NCBI GenBank assembly: GCA_905178155.1
Contig: CAJINV010000004.1
Location: forward strand, 10,271,661-10,335,660
DNA: 64,000 bases
Direction: 5' to 3'
Source of the DNA: Amoebophrya sp. A120
Lineage: Eukaryota > Protista > Dinoflagellata
Position 1 is the first letter of the stretch; every line of letters starts with the position of its first letter. The notes below the pieces were generated by a model. That model had not been told where the DNA came from and ran no database searches. It worked only from the letters and a program-made list of their open reading frames with translations. The position numbers and the translations under genes were made by a program. Of the stretch, positions 21,886 through 34,376 are shown piece by piece.

Positions 21886-24800
21886 ATGAGCACTTCTATG
21901 CAGCAGCAGGAGCTGCAGCCGTACAAGTGCGAGCTTCGGCTTGGCGGCATGACGTGCAGTGCGTGTAGCGGCACGATTGAAAATATGCTGAGGAAGACGG
22001 ACGGCGTGGAGCAGGCGCACGTATTGCTGTTGCTCAACAAGGCAGTGATCACGTACAACCGAGCGAAGGTCACCGCTAAGGACTTGGCGGAGAACGTGGA
22101 CGACATCGGATTCGACGCAGAAGTGGTGAAAGACCACGCGGTGGCAACAAACGCGACCGGTCCTGCTGCAGGAGCGGCTGCACCAGGAACTACTACAGCC
22201 GACCCAGCCAGCGTGCAATTATCGATGGAGGGAAATGGAAAGCAAAAGCAGCAGCAAACCGCAGGAGCAAGAGCAGACGGCGCGCTGGACGAAAACCTTC
22301 ACGCGGGTGTTGAACACGTCGAAAATGATATACAAAATCACCAGCAGCACGACCTCCAAGAACAAGACACTTCCGACGAAGAGGTCTGCGAGCTCCACCT
22401 GTGGGAGTGGCCGAGTGAGCGCGCCGATTTGGACCAAATCGAGCACTTCTTTCCGCCGGGTAGCATTTTGTCCGTCCGCGCTCTGCGACCCCGGAAAAAA
22501 CGGTCGATGAAGAAGTCGCGGAAATACATCACGAATTCGATCCCCTCCTGGCTGAAATCGAGCTCCGGAGGGACTTACGCGGCGTTTCTGGACGACAGTG
22601 GTAGTGCTGACAAAAGTCCGAAGCACGGTCGTGCTAGACGGGAAGATCATGATGGCGATGTAGTCGTAGCAGGGAGAAGAAGTGATTCGGAGCAAGATGC
22701 TCGTCACTACGAGCACGAGGACGACGAGGCGACAACCTCTTCGGACGAAGAAGTTGAACAGCGGCGCGGCTCAGGCTCGTCCAAGAGGGAAGTTCGTCTC
22801 CAAAAGAACCCCGCAGCATCGCGGCGTCTCTCGACCCGGTCCTCAGACGAGGAGGCGACTTCTATGAAGAACCCTGCTGCGGGCGAAACCACAGACGGCG
22901 CTGCGACTTCTCCCGCGAATCTGCACGGTGCAATACCGCCACCCGGATCGGGCCGGAGGCACGTCGGTAATATTGTTCCGGCGTTTGGATCCTCTTCAAA
23001 AGGTCCGATCCACCAACGGCTGCGGACGACCTCGGCGGATGACATTGTTGTGACTACGGACGATTTTAGAGGAAGCAAGGCGGAGACGAGTGCTGGTGAT
23101 CAGCACCGCTTTGGTGCAAAAAATGCTGCACAAACTAGTACACAACTCCACCAACCAGTATTACTCAGCCCCAACGCCGCGGTTCCGAGTTCATCTACCG
23201 GCCCGCAAGGATCCTTTAGAAGTACACTGGCAACCGTTCAAGTAGATCATGACCGTAGTTCCGCATCTGCTTCGACCACGACCCTTGTCTGCATCCGCTA
23301 CTACCCGGACAAGGTTTCCGCAAGGCAAATTCTCCAGCTTGCGAGACAGCATCTCAGCAGGGAGATCAACCACGACTACGAAAGGTTTCAGCTCTTCCAA
23401 CGGCACAACAAGCCGGAGAACATCGAAGCAACCGAACTGCGGAAGAATTGTCTCCGGTCCATGCCCTTCGCTTTGGCCATGCTGGTGATGGTGTTTGTCC
23501 TCCCGCATGAGTACGGCCACACGAAATTCTACAAGTACTTGAACGAGACCCAAATCGTGCCCGGACTGCATGTATGGATTGCAAAAATGTCTGGGTCTGG
23601 AAGAATGCAGGAGTTTGTCATGCAGATTTCGCATGACTCCTGATGTCTGTGATGCATGCTCTAGCATCACAGATCTTGCGAGGGCTTCCTGATGCCTACA
23701 CTGCATGAGAAATGCCCTCTCGCCGTGGTAAAAACTGGACCCCTTTTGCTGTTCATGCAATGCAGATTTATTGTGGAATCCAAATCCAGCATGACAAGTT
23801 GCAACCTTCCAGACCCAGACATGTTTGCAATGCATAGCACGTGAAAACCGTGATTTTCTTGCTTCTCGCCACGCCCGTATCCTGAGTAAAAACGTACCCA
23901 CACCATAGTTGTCATGCAACTCTGCATGCTTAAAATGTTTCTCATGCGGAGCCCCATGAGAAGCGTTTTCTAATGCGGTTTTGAAATTTGTCATGCTCCA
24001 ATCAGCACGAGATGCTAGATCTGTAATGCTGCTAAACTAGCTCAAACAGCACTACACTACGCGGACAAACTTGTCATGCCAGACAACCAAAGCTGGCTGA
24101 TTTGTCTAGCAGATTCCCCATCCTGACTCTGGTGTGGGTACGTTTTTACTCAGGATAGCCCGTGCAGTTCATCTTCGGAGCGCGGTTTCACCGCGGGGCG
24201 CGGAAAGCTTGGAAGAACAAAACGCCGAACATGGACGTGTTAGTGTCCGTCGCCGCGACCGTCAGTTACGCGTATTCCGTTCTCGTGTTATTAATAGCGA
24301 TCATCGCGGCCACTTTTTTCAATCTGGACTGCCGCCAACCCCCACCGCACTTTTTCGAGGCACCGACGACACTGATTGCGGTGTTGTTGGGCGGAAAGTA
24401 CCTGGAAGTGAGGACGAAACAGCGGACCGTTGCGGTGCTGGAACGGCTGTTGCAGCAGAAGAGCGATAAGAATGCTAGTGATGGTGGCTCTGGTCGAGAC
24501 ACGGTACGGGTAGTGACTTTGGTCTCGCAGCAGCGGACGACAGGGGGGTCGATCATGGCGAGGACCAGCAGCTCGACAGCTGCAACATCTTCGTCCTCAA
24601 CGTCTGCTCCCTCACTTCTGAAGCGGAAAATCAAGGCCATGCCGCTGGAGCTGCTGCACTATTCCGACCGGATTCTGCTTAAGCCAGGCGACCGCGTGCC
24701 TGTCGACGGAGTGATAACGGCGGATGAATTTGACGAAGCAGATACTAGTAACTTAAGTAACGCAAAGAGCGCATCGTCAACATCGTCTTCTACAAAAATC

Positions 24801-27409
24801 CGTGATGACAACAAAAATCTTCAGCAAATAACCCATCATCAACGCGTTACCGTCGATGAAGCTCTCTTAACCGGGGAATCACAAGGCGTCATCCGGGAAG
24901 TGCACCAGACGCTCTACGCCGGCAGCTTCGTGCTGAAAGGCTCGTGCTACCTGCAGCCGACGCGGATCGGGTCGAAGACGATGCTGAGCGAGATTGCCTC
25001 CATGGTGAAGGATGCGCAGTCGCACAAGCCGGAGATCGAGCGCATGGCCGACAAGATCGCGCGGAAGTTTGTGCCCGCGGTGATGCTGCTCGCGTTCTGC
25101 ACCACGGTGATTTGGCTCATCACGGTTTTTTCGTCGCCAGAGGTCCGCGCGCCGGAAAACGAGTCGATGGACAACATGATGATGCAGGACGAGGTATCAA
25201 AACGAAAAATCCCCCAACCCCATATCGAAACGAAGTTTGTGATGCTGGATTTGCGTACACAGATCAGATTTGTCTTGCTGGAGAGGACTGCAGGCCCATA
25301 CCAAGTCTGAGCAGAGAGGTTTTGGGCTAGGCTCTTAGCATGAGAAACGTCTGCGCTGTAGGCCCAACAGCATCACAAATCGCCTGCATAAAGCGGCGGA
25401 GCCTGTGGAGTTGCCTTCTTGCAAGATAGAGACGATTTGTGGTCGCAAATCAGCATTGCAAATTTTCTGCTACGTGCCTTTTCGATATGGGGAGGGGGGA
25501 TTTTCCCTCACAATACGAGGCGGGGACCTTTTTCGCCCACGCCTTTGACACGCTGTTCGCCCTGAAGTTTGGGCTGGCCGTGCTGCTGGTCGCCTGTCCC
25601 TGCGCGATGGGTTTGGCCACGCCGACGGCAATCTTGGTCGCCACGGGCGTGGCAGCGGAGCGGGGAATCTTTTTGAAGGGCGGGTTTCCGCTGGAGAGCG
25701 GGGCGCGAAAGGGCCTGAAGATCGTTCTAGACAAAACCGGGACGTTGACGGAAGGCAGATGCCGGGTGGTCGAGTCCGGCATCTACTATGACGTGTCTCC
25801 ACCTGCTTCCGACACGAAATCCTCTGTCTCCAGCACGAAATCGCCCGTGCAGCCGGGCGACGGAGCAGACCAGGTTTCCTCTACCAGCGCGTCGCGAACG
25901 ATCGTGGTTCGGACCGGCACTCTGGTGAGCGGAACTGCAAATACGGATCCCACAAGCTCTGCCGACCGAACACTTTTCAATGTGTCCGTTTCCAAAACCT
26001 CGTCCCTACACAGCAACCAAGCTGCCGTTGTCGCGTCCTCCTCCTCGCCGGCCCCGGGGGCAGATGCAGACCCAGACGAGAAACAAAACTACAAAACTGC
26101 AGAAACCATTGGTGCCACCCCGAATGCCAACGCCGACCCTCCAAACCTCGTGATCGGGAAACCGGTTGACCTCGCGGGCGAGGTTGAGGTTCAGGAGGAG
26201 GAGGATCGGCAACGGGACTTGTGGCACGCGGTCGCGGCGCTCGAAGATAAATCCGAACATCCGCTGGCCGTTGCGTTGGTCGCGTACGCGCGGAAGCAGA
26301 CGAAGCGGTTGCTGCTAAATCAACAGATGATGGGAGATGACTCGTACGCAGCGAGTCGTGCAGGAGTAGATTTGGTCGCCGAGAGCGGTTCGATCGCGTT
26401 TTCGCCCAACAATGATATCGAGTTGAAAGTGCGGAACTTTGAGAACGTCGCGGGGCGCGGAATCCAGGGAGAAGTACTGTTTCCGTGGCATAACGACGTC
26501 GAAAACCAGTGGCGATTCGTGAAAATCGGTAGTGCTGCGTTTGTGTTGAACGAGGAAAACAAGGGGCAGGCGACGTGGTCGTCCCTCGACGGTAGTAGCA
26601 CCATGACAAATTCGAAAAGCGATCGTGCACTACAACCCGCGACCCCCGGCAGCTCCACCACATCACCAGCAGCCGCAACCAGCACCGCCGCCACGCTGAT
26701 CTACGTTTCCATCGACGGCATCCCCTTCGGCTGGGCGGCCGTCGCGGACAAAATCCGCCCGAACGTCGCGAAGTCCATCGCGAAACTGCAGCAAGAGTTC
26801 CAGGCGAAGGTCTATCTGTGCACCGGCGACGCGCGCCCGACGGCCGTCAGTGTGGCGACCGAAGTCGGGATCCCCCTGGCGCACGTGCGGGCCGAGTGTT
26901 TGCCGCAGGACAAGGCCGCGTTCGTGCAGGAGCTGCAGGCCTTGCCGCGCGGCGGGGTTTCCACGCCGTTTCAACAGATCCCGGCTGTGTCTTCCTCCAC
27001 TTCAAAACCACATAAAAAGTCAATCGTTTTCTTCGTCGGCGACGGCCTGAACGACGCCGCCGCGCTGGCCGCCGCGGACGCGGGCTTGGCGATCGGGTGC
27101 GGCGCCAGCGTGTCTGTCCACGCCGCAGACGTGGTTTTGGTGAAGGAAAATCTGGGCGAAACGCTGGTGCCGTTTCTGCAACTCGCACGGAAAACGATGG
27201 CTACGATCAAACTGAACTTTTTCTGGGCCTTTTGCTTCAACTTCTTGATGCTGCCCCTGGCCGCGGGCGTCTTCTACCAGTGCTGCGGACTCTCCGTGCC
27301 CCCACTGGTGGCCGGGACAGCGATGGCGTCGAGTAGCACGCTGGTGCTGTTGAGCTCGCTGCAGCTGCGGTACGTACATTTGTCCGACCCGGCGGCAGGG
27401 ATAGAGTAG
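21886..27409 (+). CDS. P1B-type heavy-metal (Cu+) transporting ATPase, ATP7/CopA-like, 4 exons
   Basis: GMTCSAC HMA domain, LATPVQF, PNMDVLV, LTGES, CPCAMGLATP, DKTGT, SEHPLA, TGD, GDGLND and MASSS. The start could lie further upstream (frame open from 21469). Confidence 0.93.
23573..23836. mobile_element. Introner family B (264 bp)
   Basis: TATG...CATA ends; repeats GCATG/GCACG. Removal gives PGLHVKTVIF. Confidence 0.92.
23878..24157. mobile_element. Introner family A (280 bp)
   Basis: TATCCTGAGTAAAAACGTACCCACACCA and its perfect inverse; direct repeat GCCCG. Removal restores LATPVQF. Confidence 0.95.
25195..25515. mobile_element. Introner family F (321 bp)
   Basis: TATC...AATA ends; inverted CCCCATATCGAAA; direct repeat CGAGG. 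Removal gives QDEAGTFF. Confidence 0.88.
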
Positions 27410-28617
27410 AAGCACATATTAAAAAGGCGGCACGCGGTCGCAGTGCGGACCCAGTTACGCTTCACGTGTGACGTTGCTGCCTGTCGTCTCTCGGGGGCGA
27501 AAACTACAAGCAACCAGAAGATCAAGATTCAATGCAAGACTTGAGTAGTACGTGTACGATACGATATCTGACTTTCTGTCTATTGGAAAGGTTTAGAGGC
27601 CAGCCCCCTAGTGATGCTTCATGATCAAAATTTTTCAGATTGAGCTGCATATCGATATGTTTACTTGAGGCTCCATGCACGTGGTTCATGAGTGATCATC
27701 GCAACACTATCAATATCATGAGTGCGCAAAACGCACAACTTCGTGAATGTCACTTTGTGGTTCAAAATCTCGTTTCCGCGACAGAACAGCCACGATGACA
27801 ACTTCATCTACAGTCCAAGTCCAAACCTGTGACGCATATTATCACAGCCTGTTTTAGACTCAACACCGGGGGACGAGGACATTGTGTTGACGTAAAAATG
27901 TTGTCGTTGTGGGCTATGCCTATGTTGCATGTTTTTCGCGTTTGCCAGTACCAGGAACCGCTCTGCTCGCTGAGGTGGAAACGCTGGCAACACCCAACCC
28001 GCCCCCTTGTGGTTTATCAAGCATGTACTAAGACGACCGTGGTTGCACTACAACTACACGATATTAACACACGTATTCAAAAAAGACAAAAAACCACACG
28101 CGCTTAGCGGCCACTTTAGGACCACTTCACGATAGCCCGTGCTAAGCAACATTAATGCTTGTTTCGACGGAGCGAGGCAGCAAAATGAGAATGCAAGCCG
28201 CCAAGAGACTGTCATGAAGATCGATACTATTCCAGAGAAATACAAGACCAAGGTTTCAGCGGTTACGGGTCTTTCCACCTTGGCGGATCCGTTAGACCTG
28301 CAGAACAAGGTGGGAGAAACAAGATGCTGGAGCGTTTGTTCTCTACTGGTGTCGTGTCGTCCCGTCATTTATTTCTCGGTCGTCGGTCGGTTTACCTGCT
28401 CCCTATGACTAACTACACCTATTCGGTTCATTTACTGGCACATTTCGATTTCTATTTCGAAGAACAAAAAGGTGCTCTGACCGCTGTGCACCTAAGTACT
28501 TGTCGCGTGCGTCATTTGAGACTGAGAGTAGGTTTTTCTACGGCCATGAACAGCCTCAGCTGCCAAAAAAATTATCTGACGTGCTCATCCTTTTCCTTAC
28601 CAAGTACTTAAAAACTC

Positions 28618-29301
28618 ATGGCTTTCCTCCCGAAACCCAAAAACAAACCGCCTGGTGGCGGCTCCGGCCACAATCGGGTTGCGCCAGCATCACCTCGTGC
28701 CTCCCCGCGTCCCTCTCCACGGCCGTCACCCCGAGCAGGCGCAGCCGGTGGTCTGCGGAATCCTGCGAATGACCCCTCGCGGCTCGTCGTCGGTCCGTCG
28801 CCACGGGGAGTTGGCGGGCTCGGGCGCCGGCGGTCTCCACGACCTTCTGCGGAGCAGCAGGCAAAGAACCGTGGGGTCGCGCACTTGATGTCGCCGAGGC
28901 AACAACAAATGAGGAACAACAGTAAGAGCAGCAGCAAGAGCAACGAAAGCATCGAGCCCCGAAGGACGAGATCGCCCCGCCCGCCCGAAGAGATTAAGTA
29001 CGTGAGCAGCTATTCTGACAGCAGTCTCGAGCAGCCGGAGCACAGAATAAATGCAGGCGAGGGCAGTGCCGGGAAAGAAAAGTCCGCCCTGGCGAAGTGC
29101 GTCGAGAAACTGCCCTGCTTCCGCGCAATCAACGCCTGTTGCTACTGCTACGGCAAGTACATCAGCGGCTACAAGTGGTGTAGCTGTTTCTTCGATACGA
29201 TACCCGGGAAGGTGTTTTGTGCGGTGTGCTTCGTCGGGCTGGCGGTGGGCTTCGGGTTCATGATTGCCGCTTTTTTGAATCTCTTTGACCGCGGAGACTG
29301 A
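28618..29301 (+). CDS. Hypothetical tail-anchored membrane protein
   Basis: 227-aa ORF with SPR repeats, a Cys-rich juxtamembrane stretch and a C-terminal hydrophobic helix. Confidence 0.7.
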   Translation: MAFLPKPKNKPPGGGSGHNRVAPASPRASPRPSPRPSPRAGAAGGLRNPANDPSRLVVGPSPRGVGGLGRRRSPRPSAEQQAKNRGVAHLMSPRQQQMRNNSKSSSKSNESIEPRRTRSPRPPEEIKYVSSYSDSSLEQPEHRINAGEGSAGKEKSALAKCVEKLPCFRAINACCYCYGKYISGYKWCSCFFDTIPGKVFCAVCFVGLAVGFGFMIAAFLNLFDRGD

Positions 29302-30029
29302 TACTTTTTCGTGCTGGGCATTGTTTTGTCCGTTGATGTTGCTTGCCTGAAGATGAGTTCTTATTTCGGCCTGAACTACACAGCGAGTTATTCATATTTT
29401 TTCGGATTGATGTTGTTCCATAGCACTGCCGTCGCTCCACCGAATGTTGCTTCTGCAGCACAGCAAGATCAAAATCAAAACTGCACGGGAAATAAGCGAG
29501 ATACAACTTTACGGATTTCTTGCGATTGCAGCGTGCGCCAGCGTTGGTACCAGGTGCGGATCCTTTTTTTCCTTCATCCTCTATTTCTTGTATTTGGTTC
29601 TGTTTCATGAAAACCAAAACCCTAACATATCTTTTGATTTTCAGGAAGCACCTCGTAAGTAGCCAACATCTACCAGATGAGCCTCTTCTTGCAGTTTTTG
29701 GCACATGTTCATGTACAAATTTTGAAGTGTTGTACTTAATCGTACGGTACCGGACCTATCTTCTAGAAGTTGAAGTTTTGAAGGAACCTCTTTGACAACT
29801 ACTTCCGATCTTTCTATTACTTCTGCCGGTTGTAAAGGCGTCTTTGAAAGCAAGCTCTTTGCCTTCGGCGCAGTCCGTGTCATTTTTTGAAAAGCGTTCG
29901 CGGTTGTGTCAATACAACTAGCAGATCGCTGTGTCTTAGTGTAGTATACTTCTTCTTCACGTACGAGGGAGGATTCGCATTCGCTGCTTTAGCTTTGTGT
30001 AGAAGTGGTCCTTTTGATGAACTGCAAAA

Positions 30030-33000
30030 ATGTACAACTCGATGCTCTACTCCAATTCCTGTGGCGGGCCAGTTCTCCTCTTGCTTGTGATTTCTCTCGG
30101 ACAGTTTGTGCTCCCGGCGCGATCCAGCGTGTGGAAGCGGGTCTCACTCAGCCCAGATTTATTGCCAGCCAGTTCCACTTCCCAGCATGCGACGCCCACA
30201 CCACCGCCCGATTTACTTTCCAGAACTGTAGTCACTGTGCCTGAGGTTGTAACAGAGACAGTTGCTACATGTGGGCATTCTACTTTCGCCGCTTGTCGTG
30301 AATCCGAAGATTCGTCGTCATCTTCTTCCACCACGACCTCAAGCATCCTTTTCTGGCGCCCAGGTTTTGCGGAATCGAAAGTCTTAACCGACTTCTTTCA
30401 GCATGTGGCGGGTGATGACAGAACAAGCCCCTCATCTATTTCCTGGAGCGAGCTGTGGCTGTTTCCGCTTCTGAAGCAGCACCAGGAAGAGACACGCTGG
30501 CTGCTCCTCAACTATCTGGGCCGCCGCGGCAAGGGGGATGAAGATGATCCGCGAGGACTTCAGACCGCCAGGGACCCCACAGCGAGCCTCGTCAACATTC
30601 AAAAATGTGCAAATAAAGCAGAAGAAGATCGCGTTCGCGACGACGACGAGCTTGGTCAAAATAGGATCCCTGAACAACACGACGAATCGTACCACCAGCA
30701 TGCTCAGAATTATAAACCCCGGTCCCTGTCCGCGTCCAGTATGACCACCAGCGCGAGTAGCAGTTGGTTTGATCCTGGTGCTCCACCGGGAAGATCATCT
30801 TCTTCTGCAGCTCCTTCCGAAGCGTTTTCGTCTCCTCCCCACAAAAATTTGTTAAAATGGCTACAACTGGAGGGAGTAGAGGACGAGGATAATATGGATA
30901 ACGACGAGGAGGAGGCACAACGAAAAATCTTCCCAGGAAGAGCCGTAGAAAGAGAAGAAACTGCAGCAGTGCCCGTGGTAGAGCATCAAGAGCTATCGTG
31001 GGAAGAAGAAAGACAACTGGACAACTTGCGGGTTGTGCCAATTCTGTTACGTGACGCCAGCATTCTTGATGACCGGGATGAAGCCCAAGATGATCATGCT
31101 CCTGTAGTCGATGCTGATGTTGATGGCAAAGAACTGACAACGAGCTCAGGAGCAGCTTCCTTGCCGCCCCTGCAAGCGACAACCTTGGCAAAGGTCGCAG
31201 ATTTCCTGGCGTTGGACATGAAAAAATGCAACGAATGGATCATCCTCAACGTGGCGCGCGAACTACTTTCATCGACGGTGCGGGAGGACAAAAAAGAGGA
31301 TGACGCACGGACGAGATCTACACCACCTGCAGGATCCCGGAGTCGGGGTGCGGCGACTTCTACAGAAGTGTCTTCACTTGCAGTTTCCGAAACTGCAATT
31401 AAAAGCCTTGTCAATAACTTCCTTCTCGACCGCCCAACACGAAAGAGGCTGTGGCGGTGGTTTGCGAGCGAGGTCTTTTGGAACATGGATTTTGACAACG
31501 CCGACGATGACGAGAGCGACCAAAAGGTAAAGGACCACGTCGGAGCTGCGGATGGTGGAAACCGCAGTGACCACGCAGCTTCACAAACTACACTAAAGTT
31601 GCTGCGCCACGAGATTTTCAACGTGGACGCAGACCCCGATGCCCACCCCGCGGGGAAAGAGAAAGTAGAGCACGAGGAGGACAAAGAAGCACTGAACAAG
31701 CGCCGTGAAGATTATATCGCAGACGCGAGAGCCTGGATTCTGCGCGAATGGCGGGAGACTATTGACGAGCTGCTTTTGCCCTGGCTGGACCCAGATGCGA
31801 GGGAGACCTGGACGCAGAATTTCTCCGTTGTGGCTGGAGGAGGAAGTACAAGAACCACTACAAGAACAGTAGAAACAGAAGCCGAAGCCGATCGTCCGCC
31901 ATCTTGTCAGGTGGACGACTCGAGTCTTGCTTCGGGTTCGGACTTGGAGCCGAACAGGAACACCAGAAATGCGCACAAGAACGACCTAAAAGAACAAGAA
32001 GTGCGAAGACTTCCACGACACAACAACAATGCCCCGACCATGCGTCACTTCGAACTCTACTATGACCGGATTTGCCAGCTGCTCACCTGGCTTTCGAATC
32101 CGATCCACCGAGCGCTTCCGGACTTCGACGAGGCGCTGGATGCGTGGGAAGACGACCGCAATCACTTCCGACACATCCTGACGGGGGTGACGCCAGCAAC
32201 TGCAGCGATACAGGAACCACCTGCTCCGCAGCGAGTGGTGGCCTCTTTGGCGGCAGCTACTGGTACAGGAGGTCGTGAAGGCATCTCCAATGCCACGACT
32301 ACAAGACCCTCAGCTTCAACCGGAGGTGCGGCTCCATCTACAGGAGCTCCTACAACCTCGCCGCCTAGCAACCAGCCAGCACCAAAAAGTAGAAACACGG
32401 TAATGATCACCTCCGCCGCGCTGCAGCGATTACGGCCGCAGATCATAGATACGATCCCTGCCCGGAAAACACTACAGATCCTGACCGAGCTCTTCCAGGG
32501 GTCGTTGCACGGAGACCCAACTGGGATTGCTACGCAGATTGCGACCTTCATCTGGCGCGCCGGACGCTTTTTCACGGACCACCTGGCTGCACCAGGAAGA
32601 AAAAGTTATGTAGAGCAAATGCAAAGCCAAAGAGACCACGACGTAAGCAGTGCAGACGAGGAAGAAATGGAACTGTCCCGCGCGGGTATCGCGAACCTGT
32701 CCGTTTCAAGAGGTGGACCAACATCAGTGCCAGCGAGAAGTGCAGAGGACGGCGAGATGTTGAATGGAAATGGTGCAGCTTTACTACTTCAACATCCGGA
32801 AGCGATGACTTTCGAGGCACAACAGCGTTACCACATGTCTACGTCACGACGGGCCCAAGAACGGGCCCCCGCGCTATTTCGGCCTGATGAACAAAATACC
32901 GGTTGGACGAGAACAAAGCAGAGTCTCTTTTTTCCGCAACGGCGGAGGGGGGATTGGGCACGGACCGCGGATCCAGGTGATGTTGCGAGAGGCTCAGCAC

Positions 33001-33983
33001 TCCGTACGCCAACCACTGCAAAGAACCCCAGCTCTATTTACGCCACGTCCTACAGGCCTTCCACGCTCCAGGAGCTCGCCTTCCGGCTGTACACGCGCGC
33101 TCTGGCGACGCAAAACATCCAGGCCGAATTCCAGGAGATTCTGAAAGACCTGGAGCGCACCGAGAACTTCGCCGATCGCGAACGGCTCGTAGCGTACGCC
33201 CATAATGTCGAGTGGATAACTTACGGCGGCACCGCCGTCGCTATACCTAGACGCAGTGGCCGGGCACCATCGCCATCTGCCGCCTTGCGAAACGCTTCTG
33301 GTGCCGCTGCGCACAACACCGACTTTGATGAAGGACAGCACGAAGACCGCGACCACGATGGTATCGGCTTCGAGATGAAACAGGACCTGCTTTACTTCTC
33401 GGAGCGGCATCCGAGGAGGGTGTTTCAGCTGGTCATCAAGGAACTCTCCGAACGCAACTACCGTCTCTCTCCGTATTGGCAGTCGGTGTTCGGGATGCTG
33501 CGTGCGGCTGGAACGATCAGTGGAACCACCCGAGGTGGTCCAAGCTTATTGGATCATGTTGACATCACTGCACACTCGCACATCAATCAGAAGTTGTCCT
33601 CACATTCCCAGGCGCAGAACATGGAAGAACGGGAGCAAAGCAGTAACGGACCTGCAGCCACGGTTTTTACAGAACATAGAGACACTAACATGCGACATGG
33701 TAGAGCGGCATCCGCAAGCAGTAGCACCGTCGGCGTTGCGCCTGCATCTTCTTCAGATGACCTCCGTCTGCACAGCGGCGACGGTCGTCGCGACTCCGTG
33801 CAAGATGAAATGAGTGCGGATCTTCATGCAGCATCATCTTCATCTTGTTCTTCCGTGCCGCTTGATGATTCCTGCTCCTCCCCGTCAGCCTCCAGTACTA
33901 CGCCAGCCCGGAGCTTTAATTTTCTGCAAGCTTTTCCGGCCCTCCAGCTGCGTTTGCGCAGACTCTGGTCCTCGGAAACGTGA
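30030..33983 (+). CDS. Large hypothetical protein (1317 aa) with N-terminal hydrophobic segment
   Basis: Uninterrupted 3.95 kb ORF with VLLLLVISLGQFVL near the N-terminus. No domain recognised. Confidence 0.8.
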   Translation: MYNSMLYSNSCGGPVLLLLVISLGQFVLPARSSVWKRVSLSPDLLPASSTSQHATPTPPPDLLSRTVVTVPEVVTETVATCGHSTFAACRESEDSSSSSSTTTSSILFWRPGFAESKVLTDFFQHVAGDDRTSPSSISWSELWLFPLLKQHQEETRWLLLNYLGRRGKGDEDDPRGLQTARDPTASLVNIQKCANKAEEDRVRDDDELGQNRIPEQHDESYHQHAQNYKPRSLSASSMTTSASSSWFDPGAPPGRSSSSAAPSEAFSSPPHKNLLKWLQLEGVEDEDNMDNDEEEAQRKIFPGRAVEREETAAVPVVEHQELSWEEERQLDNLRVVPILLRDASILDDRDEAQDDHAPVVDADVDGKELTTSSGAASLPPLQATTLAKVADFLALDMKKCNEWIILNVARELLSSTVREDKKEDDARTRSTPPAGSRSRGAATSTEVSSLAVSETAIKSLVNNFLLDRPTRKRLWRWFASEVFWNMDFDNADDDESDQKVKDHVGAADGGNRSDHAASQTTLKLLRHEIFNVDADPDAHPAGKEKVEHEEDKEALNKRREDYIADARAWILREWRETIDELLLPWLDPDARETWTQNFSVVAGGGSTRTTTRTVETEAEADRPPSCQVDDSSLASGSDLEPNRNTRNAHKNDLKEQEVRRLPRHNNNAPTMRHFELYYDRICQLLTWLSNPIHRALPDFDEALDAWEDDRNHFRHILTGVTPATAAIQEPPAPQRVVASLAAATGTGGREGISNATTTRPSASTGGAAPSTGAPTTSPPSNQPAPKSRNTVMITSAALQRLRPQIIDTIPARKTLQILTELFQGSLHGDPTGIATQIATFIWRAGRFFTDHLAAPGRKSYVEQMQSQRDHDVSSADEEEMELSRAGIANLSVSRGGPTSVPARSAEDGEMLNGNGAALLLQHPEAMTFEAQQRYHMSTSRRAQERAPALFRPDEQNTGWTRTKQSLFFPQRRRGDWARTADPGDVARGSALRTPTTAKNPSSIYATSYRPSTLQELAFRLYTRALATQNIQAEFQEILKDLERTENFADRERLVAYAHNVEWITYGGTAVAIPRRSGRAPSPSAALRNASGAAAHNTDFDEGQHEDRDHDGIGFEMKQDLLYFSERHPRRVFQLVIKELSERNYRLSPYWQSVFGMLRAAGTISGTTRGGPSLLDHVDITAHSHINQKLSSHSQAQNMEEREQSSNGPAATVFTEHRDTNMRHGRAASASSSTVGVAPASSSDDLRLHSGDGRRDSVQDEMSADLHAASSSSCSSVPLDDSCSSPSASSTTPARSFNFLQAFPALQLRLRRLWSSET

Positions 33984-34376
33984 GAGGAAAACACCAGGTC
34001 CAGGAAGCGCGAGATGATAAATAACATCGGACTTTCGCGCATTTTTTATTTTTGCGGAAAACAAAACATCAAATCATTACCATTCTAGTTCGTGGAACAG
34101 AATAAAAATCGCGATCTGTATAAACGAGAAAAAATAACACGCTCCACCACTTCACGGAGCTCGCAGTTGTTGCATCGTGTTTCGTTGATGTAACAGCCAA
34201 CTTTTGATGTCTTGTCATGATCTATCAGTAACCAAGTGATTTAGCTTCCCGTATATGATTTCATTTCAGATTCAGCCCGTTATAGCCTTGAAGTTGATGT
34301 ATCTGAAACTGTATTGCAACTGTAAAAATCAAACAACAGCATATGACCCAAGAATGAAGAACAACACACAGGCCGT

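Noticed and set aside
3346-27409. Reading the fragmented ORFs as pseudogenes or separate genes
   Set aside because: Every break coincides with a TIR/direct-repeat element or a GT-AG intron whose removal restores the frame, and no other stops or frameshifts were seen.
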